Below, piece after piece: positions 1-8,510 of a stretch of 17,922 nt of DNA. Each line of letters begins with the position of its first letter. Within the stretch, counting starts at the first letter, position 1. The DNA comes from Octopus sinensis (Eukaryota), in contig NW_021824590.1 in NCBI RefSeq assembly GCF_006345805.1, positions 1-17,922 on the forward strand, in the 5' to 3' direction. The notes beneath the pieces are model-generated. The model made no database searches. It was not told the origin of the DNA and worked only from the letters and a program-made list of their open reading frames with translations. A program made the translations under genes and the position numbers.

Positions 1-36
1 CAATGTAAGAAATTAATATCTATTGTTGCTGTTGGC

Positions 37-46
37 ATTATTATTA

Positions 47-145
<99 letters not shown>

Positions 146-162
146 CATTATTATTATTATTA
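37..162. repeat. (ATT)n microsatellite = (AAT)n tail of minus-strand R4/Dong copy A
   Basis: Near-pure ATT repeats with occasional ATC, directly abutting the 3' end of copy A at 163. Confidence 0.95.
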
Positions 163-631
163 CGAAGACGTACTTGCATAGCAAGTGACCTGATCCGAGA
201 ACGTGTGCTGGAACGAAAACAATTGCAGTGTGGAAGGTGTTTATAAGCCATTTAAGAAACACATAGAAAGCCGTTTTAGATTCAATTCAACATCTAAATT
301 TAATTTGCCGGAATATTTTCGTCGCTTTGAGACCGCGACCTGTTCACTGACAAGATTCCGTGCAGCACAGATTCTTGTTTGTTCTGGTAGATTCTGTGAA
401 AGCGGACAGCAGCCTGCTGTCAGAGGTCTCTCAGGGTCTCTTTCTGCACGTTATAAGCTTTGATACTTGGTTGTCAATTATCGTAGGAGACATTCAACAT
501 CCAAGTACCTATTTCAAATCCATTGCTGTCCCCAGCAAAGCAGTTTACTCTGCTCTCATGTCAATTCTGATTTCTCTGCCATATTTCTTGAACCTGGTTG
601 TTTGTGCTCCGAGTGCCCTACAACTACTTTT
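163..631 (-). mobile_element. 5'-truncated R4/Dong-clade non-LTR retrotransposon, copy A (RLE C-terminus plus ~330 nt 3' UTR)
   Basis: Minus strand 631-494 reads KVVVG(fs)ALGAQTTRFKKYGREIRIDMRAE*TALLGTAMDLK*VLGC*, matching the IVGALG...ALLGTAHILR terminus of the full copy at 5640-5783; followed by UTR and (AAT)n tail. Confidence 0.8.
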
Positions 632-710
632 AACAACAACAACAACAACGACAACGACGACAACAACAACAACAACAACAACAGTAATTATTATTATTAT
701 TATTATTATT
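632..710. repeat. Compound microsatellite (AAC)n 632-683 then (ATT)n 687-710
   Basis: Read directly; the ATT part is the tail of copy B and the AAC part has the opposite strand polarity. Confidence 0.95.
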
Positions 711-1029
711 GCCTTTGCACTCTTTCTAACGCTGGAGATGTACTACGGTGTCAGCTGTTCACTACCAGTGAACTAAGGTAACACTCCTTATTTTTCGAGC
801 ACCATCCGGAGTATTCGAGCGGTTTCAAGCAGTGCTGTTTTCGGCAAGTGCTCCACCCTTATTGCAACCCCTATTTGTTCCACGTACTTCTCGAGATTTT
901 TGCTCACTGTTCCCAGGGCTCCGACAATTATTGGTACTACTGCTACCTTTTTCATCGACCACAACTGCTTAACTTCTCAAGCTAACCTGTCATATCTCTC
1001 GACTTTTCTTTCTTCCTTATCGCATACCT
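711..1029 (-). mobile_element. 5'-truncated R4/Dong-clade copy B (RLE C-terminus plus 77 nt 3' UTR)
   Basis: Minus strand reads KVCDKEERKVERYDRLA*EVKQLWSMKKVAVVPIIVGALGTVSK(fs)LEKYVEQIGVAIRVEHLPKTALLETARILRMVLEK* (stop at 790-788), then UTR and (AAT)n; (AAT)n also on its 5' side. Confidence 0.9.
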
Positions 1030-1040
1030 TATTATTATTA

Positions 1041-1101
<61 letters not shown>
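1029..1101. repeat. (ATT)n microsatellite between head-to-head copies B and C
   Basis: Read directly. Confidence 0.95.
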
Positions 1102-1952
1102 CGCGGCGCAGGACCAGGCATTGAATACTAACTCAGGGGAAAATGATATATACCACATAAGTGCATCGAACCTCTGCAGAATGTGTTGGAAGAGGGTCGA
1201 AAGCGTTATTCACATTGTTAGGGCTTGTGAAAGTCTTGTACAGAAAAAGTACAAACGTAGACACGACAAGGTAGCCTCAAACCTTCACTGGCTACTATGC
1301 CGTAAGTATGAATATGAGGTTACGGGTGCTTGGTACCAACATACACCGGAGAAGGTAATGGACGAAAAGGGGAAGGCAAAAATCCTCTGGGACTTTGATT
1401 TCCAGATAGACAAAGTATTAGAACACTGAAGGCCGGATATAGTCACCTTTAGGAGGGACAAACAAGAGTGCCTGATAATTGATGTGGCTGTGCCAGGAGA
1501 TCAACATATCATCATGATAGAAAGAGAAAAGGTTGATTAATATGAAGACCTAAGAACTGAGATCGCTAAGATGAGGTAGCTACGAGAGTCGAACATAAAA
1601 TTTATCCCTATTCTTATCGGAGCATTGGCTTCAATACCACCCAATCTGAAGAAGAAAAAAACACCTGAAACCTTAGAAATACCCCACAATCTAGATGCAA
1701 TGCAAAAGTCGGCATTACTTGGAATTGCAGACATATTGCGTAAAATACAACGATTACAAGATAGAGAGAATTTTACCTGGGTTGCACAAGTGGTGGTTGT
1801 GAGCTTGTGTTACGCTAGAAGGAAGTTGTACATTCCACGAAGTCGAATGAACGGAGATGGAGTTTTGGTGTGGGACCACGGTGGAAATCCTCCTACAGAT
1901 TAGGCTGGAAAAGGTAGAAACGATCCCAGACCATATCTACCTACTCGTCACC

Positions 1953-1954
<2 letters not shown>
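1100..1954 (+). mobile_element. 5'-truncated R4/Dong-clade copy C (CCHC knuckle, RLE, 3' UTR), decayed
   Basis: Translation IAAQDQALNTN...CRMC(1175-1186)...ESVIHIVRAC...KRRHDKV...WYQHTPEKV...ILWDF...H*RPDIV(1430-)...CLIIDVAVP...PILIGALA...KSALLGIADILRK; several in-frame stops; ends in (AAT)n at 1955. Confidence 0.92.
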
Positions 1955-2018
<64 letters not shown>

Positions 2019-2056
2019 TAATAATAATAATAACAATGATGATAATAATAATAATA

Positions 2057-2107
<51 letters not shown>
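1955..2107. repeat. (AAT)n microsatellite: tail of copy C and target of copy D
   Basis: Read directly; includes single-base phase slips such as taataatata. Confidence 0.95.
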
Positions 2108-2109
<2 letters not shown>

Positions 2110-2142
2110 TGTATTTTGACTCGATATTATCTCCACCTCTAA

Positions 2143-2964
2143 CACAACACATGTAAACATGCGTGGAACAACACGATCATCCCCGACCTCAAACACCATG
2201 TACAAAGGAACTACGAAGAAATTGCCACCGATACTATTCAACCCAAGAATAACAATCGAGCGGTACGTACATTAAACCTACAACAAAAAATGTACGAAAA
2301 ACTACACGTGCGAAATAATGTGACAACAGAAATAAACGGACCGGTACCCTACGAAAATGACGACCGTCAAAATAATGGGCCGGACGTTGTACCTCATGTC
2401 CCGCAATTAAAACCCAAAAGACGTAAATGGACACGTGAGGAATACATTTCTATCTTACACGCATACTTCACAGCAATGCTCTACCCACAAAATGAAAATA
2501 CAACAACACATACATATAAAATATGGAAGGAAAATAATAGAGGTATAGACTTGGGTACAGCAATGAACCCTAATAAATTAGCTAACGTACGAAGATACAT
2601 TCTCAAAGCCAAAAAAATATCAGAAATAGAAATAGAACATTTAAAAGAAAAAATACACCAGGAAAATGTAGATAGAAGCCACACAACAATGCCCAATAAT
2701 ATAAACACTGAAACTGTAAAACACGAAGACAAACGCAACATTCCCAACAAACACGATGTAAACAACGAAGGGGAGCCTAATGATTATGATAATATAAAAA
2801 ATAAAATAATCAAAGAACTAAAAACCACAAAGTTCAAAATGGACCACCGACCATACCTCCCAAGAATAAAAATAAACGCAATAACAACACCAATTATAAA
2901 CAACATAAACCTAGCCGTCACTGAACTAGCCACTGAAACAAAAAAAGTGATATCACTGAACTAA
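2143..2964 (+). CDS. Copy D ORF, N-terminal segment (frame open from 2143; first in-frame ATG 2290)
   Basis: KRRKWTREEYISILHAYF (from 2416) and NPNKLANVRRYILK resemble the conserved R4-clade N-terminal region; continues by a frameshift in the A-run at 2940-2946 into SDITELNDLIYAAATAA. Confidence 0.75.
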   Translation, partial: HNTCKHAWNNTIIPDLKHHVQRNYEEIATDTIQPKNNNRAVRTLNLQQKMYEKLHVRNNVTTEINGPVPYENDDRQNNGPDVVPHVPQLKPKRRKWTREEYISILHAYFTAMLYPQNENTTTHTYKIWKENNRGIDLGTAMNPNKLANVRRYILKAKKISEIEIEHLKEKIHQENVDRSHTTMPNNINTETVKHEDKRNIPNKHDVNNEGEPNDYDNIKNKIIKELKTTKFKMDHRPYLPRIKINAITTPIINNINLAVTELATETKKVISLN

Positions 2965-3400
2965 ATGACTTGATATACGCAGCAGCCACTGCAGCCACAA
3001 AGAAGCTGGATACTCACCCAAACCCGCCCAAACAGGAGTACCACCACCCAAATAAACCCTGTGGATAAATAACATCCAAAACAATTTAAAAAATTAGAAA
3101 AGACCTGTCGATTCTTAATGAAATCAGCAAACAAGCAACGCTACTGAGCAACAAAAAGAGAACAAAATGCTCCGCAATATAACATCACAGAAAAAGATTT
3201 GCCGGAGATAAAAGAAAAGCTGAAGCAAGATATCCTTGCCAAAGCTCAAAGGATCCGCCGGTACGAGAAACGCCAACGCTTCTTTGAACAGAACAAAAGT
3301 TCAACTCCGACCCCAAAAAGTTCTACCAAGAACTAGGCAAAAATAAAATAGAAGTCACTGCAGCACCAACGGCAGAAGAATTGGAAGAATTCTGGAAGAA

Positions 3401-4489
3401 ATATGGTCGGCGAACGAACAGCCAAAAAAAAGGAGTATGAAAATAACAAACTCGGCATCTGAACAACTTTGGACCCCCATAACAACTGAAGAGGTCACCC
3501 AGGCACTGCAAAAACTAAGCAACTGGAAGGCACCTGGGCATGACAAGATCCCCAACTTCTGGTTGAAATATCTAACAGGAATGCACAAAAAGCTGGCTGA
3601 AAACTTTAACAGCATACTAGCAGAGCCAGAGACAATGCCTGAATGGCTCACGAAGGGGAAAACCATCTTAATTCCCAAATCAAATGAAACAACAAAACCA
3701 GAAAACTACAGACCAATAACCTGCCTCCCTACTATGTTCAAGGCATTTACTGCAGTGATAACGCAAAGGCTGAACAAGCACCTGGACGAATACAAACTGT
3801 TCCCAGAAGAGCAGAAAGGATGCCGCAAGGGCTCATATGGCTGTAAAGATCAACTAATGATTAATAAAGCCATAACTGAAGACAGCCACAGAAAGAAGAA
3901 AGGCCTCAGTATGGCCTGGATTGACTACAAAAAGGCGTTTGATAGCATCCCCCACACATGGATCCTCGAAACACTAGCCATTAACAAAGTAGCACCAACA
4001 ATCATAAAATTCATAGAGCACTCTATGAATAAATGGCAAACAGTCCTACACCTCCAAACAAAAGAGGGACTCATGAAAACCAAAGACATCCCCATTAGAA
4101 GAGGAATATTCCAGGGAGACACGCTCTCTCCACTCCTTTTCTGCTTGGCACTGTCACCTCTATCTGATATGCTAAATAGAACTGGATGCGGATATAAATG
4201 TTACGGCAAAACGATCAGCCACCTTTTATATATGGATGACCTAAAACTATACGCTGCAAATGACAAACAGCTGGAAACACTATTAAAGACAGTTCATGGA
4301 TTTACCAAAGAAATAGATATGAAATTTGGATTAGAAAAATGCGCCAAAGTAACCATGAAAAGAGGAAAACTAGTTAAGAGTAACAACATCACACTAGATA
4401 AAACCAATGAAATAAAAGAATTAGACCAAAGCCAAACTTACAAATACTTAGGAATCCATGAACTAGATAAGACACAACACACAAAATGA
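3401..4489 (+). CDS. Copy D reverse transcriptase segment
   Basis: KAPGHDKIPNFWLK, NYRPITCLPTMFK, EEQKGCRKG, AWIDYKKAFDSIPH, RGIFQGDTLSPLLF, HLLYMDDLKL (YMDD 4229-4240), FGLEKC, YKYLG. Confidence 0.97.
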   Translation: MWSANEQPKKRSMKITNSASEQLWTPITTEEVTQALQKLSNWKAPGHDKIPNFWLKYLTGMHKKLAENFNSILAEPETMPEWLTKGKTILIPKSNETTKPENYRPITCLPTMFKAFTAVITQRLNKHLDEYKLFPEEQKGCRKGSYGCKDQLMINKAITEDSHRKKKGLSMAWIDYKKAFDSIPHTWILETLAINKVAPTIIKFIEHSMNKWQTVLHLQTKEGLMKTKDIPIRRGIFQGDTLSPLLFCLALSPLSDMLNRTGCGYKCYGKTISHLLYMDDLKLYAANDKQLETLLKTVHGFTKEIDMKFGLEKCAKVTMKRGKLVKSNNITLDKTNEIKELDQSQTYKYLGIHELDKTQHTK

Positions 4490-5079
4490 AAGAGAAAATA
4501 AAAAAAGAATATTATAGACGAGTTAGATCAATACTAAAAACAGAGCTCAATGCTAAAAACAAGATAATAGGTATCAACACTTTAGCTGTCCCAGTTATAA
4601 GTTACAGCTACAATATCCTTAACTGGACACGAAATGAACTGTCCAAAATAGATAGGAAAACAAGAAAAATACTGACAGGATCTAGGATGCATCACCCAAA
4701 ATCTGACATAGAAAGACTATATATACAACGTATAGAAGGTGGTAGAGGCCTTATACAGCTGGAAAACTACTATAAAATAACCACCATAGGACTGCAAAAA
4801 TACCTACTTCAGAAGGAAGGAAAACTGATCCAGATAGCAGCAAAACACGAGCAAAACAAAAAACTGTTCTCAGTATTTAAGGAAGCTGACAAATACAAAC
4901 AAGAAATCATACCACCTAATAAACACAAAGAAGAAGAAGAAGATGATGAAGAAACAACAAAAGCTATAAAACAAATGAAATCCAAACTAAAAATAGAACA
5001 GCAACGAGCCATGATAAAACGATGGCAAGAAAAGCCCCTTCATGGTAAATACTGGACTAAACTAACGCAAAAGAAATAG
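4486..5079 (+). CDS. Copy D RT thumb/linker segment
   Basis: ILKTELNAKNKIIGINTLAVPVISYS, RLYIQRIEGGRGL, KPLHGKY; joined to both neighbours by a missing A in short A-runs (around 4485 and 5070). Confidence 0.9.
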   Translation: MKEKIKKEYYRRVRSILKTELNAKNKIIGINTLAVPVISYSYNILNWTRNELSKIDRKTRKILTGSRMHHPKSDIERLYIQRIEGGRGLIQLENYYKITTIGLQKYLLQKEGKLIQIAAKHEQNKKLFSVFKEADKYKQEIIPPNKHKEEEEDDEETTKAIKQMKSKLKIEQQRAMIKRWQEKPLHGKYWTKLTQKK

Positions 5080-5783
5080 ACAAAGAAAAATCCCAGCAAT
5101 GGTTGAGAAGCTCAGGACTCAAAGCAGAAACAGAGGGATTTTTAATTGCAGCACAAGACCAAAGCCTCCCCACCAGAAATTACCAAAAACATGTAATGAA
5201 AAGAAATATTACAAGTAACTGCAGAATATGTGGAGATGGACAAGAAACAATAAATCATATTATCTCTAGCTGCCCAGTCCTGGCTAAGAAGGAATATATT
5301 CACAGACATGACAGAGTTGGAACCTACATACATTGGAAGCTATGCCAACATTATGGAATAACACAGAAAAAAGATGGTATAGGCACACACCAGAAAAGGT
5401 CACAGAAAACGAGAAAGCAACCATACTCTGGATATGCCGATACACACAGATAGAGAAATTAAGGCCAACAGACCAGATATAGTTGTCAGAGATCATGAAG
5501 AAAAAAAATGCTTTCTAATTGATGTATCAATACCGGCAGATGAAAACGTGTCTCTAAAAGAAATGGAGAAACTCTCAAAATACAAGACCTGGAAATAGAG
5601 GTAACTAGAATGTGGAACCTGAAAACAGAAACAATTCCTATCATAGTAGGTGCATTAGGCATGATAAAAAATATTCAGACAAATACATAACAAAAACACC
5701 AGGACTTACAAACACATATAACATACAAAATTGCACTACTAGGCACTGCACACATCCTACGCAGAACACTTTCCATACAATAA
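5071..5783 (+). CDS. Copy D C-terminus: CCHC zinc knuckle plus restriction-like endonuclease (frameshifted)
   Basis: GLKAETEGFLIAAQDQSL; CRICGDGQETINHIISSC (5220-5273); YIHRHDRV; ANRPDIVV (from 5464); CFLIDVSIP (to 5535); KEMEKLSKY(K)DL; IIVGALG; ALLGTAHILRRTLSIQ*. Five small slips must be bridged. Confidence 0.9.
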
Positions 5784-5877
5784 CCATCAGAGCATCACAA
5801 CAAATCACAGCACATACCCAAGGCACACAGAGCTGCGCTCGGTAGTGAAGTGAAAGCACGCTATAAAAATAAAACTA

Positions 5878-5880
<3 letters not shown>

Positions 5881-5908
<28 letters not shown>

Positions 5909-5919
5909 TAATAATAATA

Positions 5920-5955
<36 letters not shown>

Positions 5956-5963
5956 TGATGATG

Positions 5964-6011
<48 letters not shown>

Positions 6012-6024
6012 TAATAATAATAAT
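5881..6024. repeat. (AAT)n microsatellite tail of copy D
   Basis: Read directly; short (GAT)n patch inside. Confidence 0.95.
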
Positions 6025-6577
6025 GTCCTGATGCAGTACCAGGCAGTGGCTCTCATGGCTTCTGATCTTAACTGATTGGAAGTGTTATCATGTACATTGT
6101 TTCGTCTTGGTATAAAAGATGGGCTACAGCAAATATTCTGCTCAATACCACAGATTTGCTTGTCAGTTGTTTGACCTTAACCAGTTGAGCATGTCCCTTA
6201 GTGGCTGACGATATGTGCATCTCTGATCACGAGCAGAAGTAGTGGGGGAGCATCGTAGCCATGTGTTGAGAGGGATTCTTTGGGGTTTGAATTATATACC
6301 TCTGGAAACATGGGTGTTTCGTTCAACATCCTTAAACAACCCTTATACAAGGACCTTTTGAGTGGGATGGGCTACTCGGCCAGAAGAAATTTCTAACTGG
6401 GCCCCATCTGCAAGGTCATGTGCTGTGTATCTTGATATGAGATCACCATGTTGTGCACATATGGTTGTGATGCATGTGCCTGGTGTACCCTTATCAGGCC
6501 TGTAGTCATGATGGGTATATTGGGCTTCGTATATTTTACCCTAGTGTCATTTTGATGGCATGCACTGCTCTCTCACT

Positions 6578-6578
<1 letters not shown>
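6025..6578. mobile_element. 554 bp non-coding insert embedded in the (AAT)n array (element E), family unassigned
   Basis: Sharp boundaries against (AAT)n on the left and (AAC)n/(AAT)n on the right; no RLE or RT motif found on manual translation. Confidence 0.5.
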
Positions 6579-6608
<30 letters not shown>

Positions 6609-6615
6609 AATAATA
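6579..6615. repeat. (AAC)n grading into (AAT)n
   Basis: Read directly. Confidence 0.95.
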
Positions 6616-7130
6616 GGAAAAGTCACAAAACATTCTAAAATACGCCAACCGCTCTTAATGTGCCAGACAACGATGACATTTCACCGAAACCACAGCCACG
6701 CAAAACACACAAGTCCACAACAACTCTCCACAACCAACACTCACCTCAACAAAAAGAAAATACACACAGCAGACTGATACATAAACACAACATCAATAAA
6801 TCAGACGCACCCCAGACTTTGTACTGATACGGAACACAAATATAAACTGATATCCTTGGCGGAGAAATAAAAACGTAAACCTTGAAGCAGGGGGAGTGGC
6901 CTTCAGGTCCAGCTTTTTCAAAAAATTTTAAGTGGGGTTATTGTTGGAAACATAGAATATTGAAGAAAAATTTGCCCAATAATATGGGAATTCCGAGTGT
7001 AAGGGCTAGGAATAGGCTCCCAAAGAACTTTTTAAGAAACTCAAAATTCCATGGAGACCGAATCAACTGGTCTCTGGGACAACCAAATAGGTAACTCGTT
7101 TCTTTATCTTCTCTTCATCTTTAAGCCAAT

Positions 7131-7620
7131 ATGGTAGTTCACAGTGGATGACCTGGCATCATTCTGGAAATAGGGTTGCCTGCTCAGTGACCTCAGGTCG
7201 CTAACTTTAGATGTGATAGCTATCAGTAAGACCAGGATTCACAGCACACGCACCTTAATACTCATTTTTGGCGATTTTGAGATCTTCGCATTTCTTACTC
7301 GGTCCGGGACGGGATGGGTGGCGGTGCTTTTCGGAAAAGCCTGGGACTCGTGATACGGTTGATCTTCTTGGACGCGGGTGGTAGGTTAATGGTCCGAGAC
7401 GGGAACTGTAGTGAAGGCGACACCTTTAAACTAGTTACTGTGCATGTCCCAACTGGGGTGCAACAACTAGCTTTCTTTAGGTGTTTGGAGGTCTCACTCT
7501 TTAGCGCTAGTCGGCGACTGGAACACCATCTCGGATGCTCGCATGGATTGTGTTGGGGTTACCTGATTTAGAGAAGAGGGTGTAAAAGCCTAGCAAACCT
7601 GCTCAATCGTTTCCAACAGC
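7131..7620 (+). pseudogene. Decayed L1/Tx1-type ORF2 N-terminus (APE endonuclease) remnant
   Basis: Across frameshifts: GCLLSDLRSLTLDVIAISKTRI (DV.A.(Q)ET motif), GWVAVLF, KSLGLVIRLIFLDAGGRLMV, FKLVTVHVPTG (VYAP motif), VGDWNTISDARMDCVG (GDWN at 7513-7524), KSLANLLNRFQ. Confidence 0.8.
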
Positions 7621-7649
7621 AGACGTCTGCCAAGATGTCGGTAATTATG

Positions 7650-7770
7650 TCAGTTTGTGGATTACATCAACTCCAGTATTTGGCAGATACTTTATTTTGT
7701 CGACCGTGGGGTGGGGTTGAAAGAAGAGTTGATATCAGTGGGATTTGAACTTAGAACAGAAAAAGACCGC
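7650..7770 (-). mobile_element. Old diverged fragment of SINE family 1
   Basis: Reverse complement contains gttctaagttcaaatccc...ggtcgacaaaataaagta...actggagttgatgtaatccac, colinear with the copy at 10465-10702. Confidence 0.65.
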
Positions 7771-8342
7771 AAATCATCATCATCATTGTTCGACCGTGGT
7801 CGAGTCTTTCATAGTCTTTTCAAATGGCTAATAATGTGTGCGCGCGCCACTACTACACACATTGGAAAGCATTGTACAACCAAGTACTAAAGAAGATCTT
7901 TCCTTCTCCATGAAACAAAGCTGTTCCCGCTGGACGTCAACCCAGTATTTCTAAGCTACGGACCGAGTGATTTATTGTAAGGTTATCTCCCTAGATAGAT
8001 TGCCTTCACTACGGCTAAGGAGCCCTTTCTACCCGCAAAAGTATTTCGTTCGTTAGATTAAGTAACTTGTCGATCCACCTTTCACCTGAACGTGATGATA
8101 TTTTCGAACTAATTTACGTTTATATATCTTATCCTTCCCCTCTTTCTCTCTCTCTCTCTCTTGCTCACTCTCTCTATGTCATATATCCAAACGATGTCAT
8201 ATTGAATTCGTTGTAAAATATACAATCAATAGACCATATTATCAATAAAATACATTATCAATCAACCACGTTATCAATACATATAGCCTACCTATATATA
8301 AAATCGAAAACGAATTTCCCGTTAATACACATAAGAAAAATC

Positions 8343-8465
8343 GGGCATATGGTGTAGTGGTTAAGCGCGTAGGCTACTAACTCCTAGATTCCGAGCTCGA
8401 TTCCAAGCAGTGACCTGAATAATAATAATAATAATGATAATAATAATATAATAATAATAATAATA

Positions 8466-8510
<45 letters not shown>

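Larger units (their letters stand above)
2106..5880 (+). mobile_element. Near-full-length R4/Dong-clade RLE-type non-LTR retrotransposon (copy D) inserted in (TAA)n
   Basis: Single frameshifted reading frame with N-terminal RRKWTREE motif, RT, CCHC knuckle, RHD motif and PD-(D/E)xK endonuclease; stop 5781-5783; 97 nt 3' UTR; (AAT)n on both sides with the same polarity. No APE domain. Established: Dong of Bombyx mori (R4 clade) targets TAA repeats. Confidence 0.93.

Noticed and set aside
44-262. Poly-Ile, poly-Leu, poly-Asn, poly-Tyr and poly-Thr ORFs (also 360-776, 467-781, 900-1124, 1937-2241, 5805-6056, 8377-8559)
   Set aside because: Translations of AAT/AAC microsatellites plus antisense or off-frame retroelement sequence; not genes.
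2108-2290. HDV-like ribozyme at the 5' end of copy D
   Set aside because: Looked for because R2 and some R4 elements have one; no P1-P4 nested pseudoknot could be built by eye.
2234-5859. Minus-strand ORFs overlapping copy D, and plus ORF 5612-5845
   Set aside because: Antisense shadows or frameshift chimeras of the retrotransposon ORF; no independent motifs.
6026-6240. Hammerhead-like words cctgatgc (6027) and ctgacga (near 6204)
   Set aside because: First lacks the GA of CUGANGA; second has no stem II followed by GAAA.
8343-8417. Functional tRNA gene
   Set aside because: A and B boxes are present but acceptor and anticodon stems pair poorly and there is no oligo-T terminator; treated as a SINE head.
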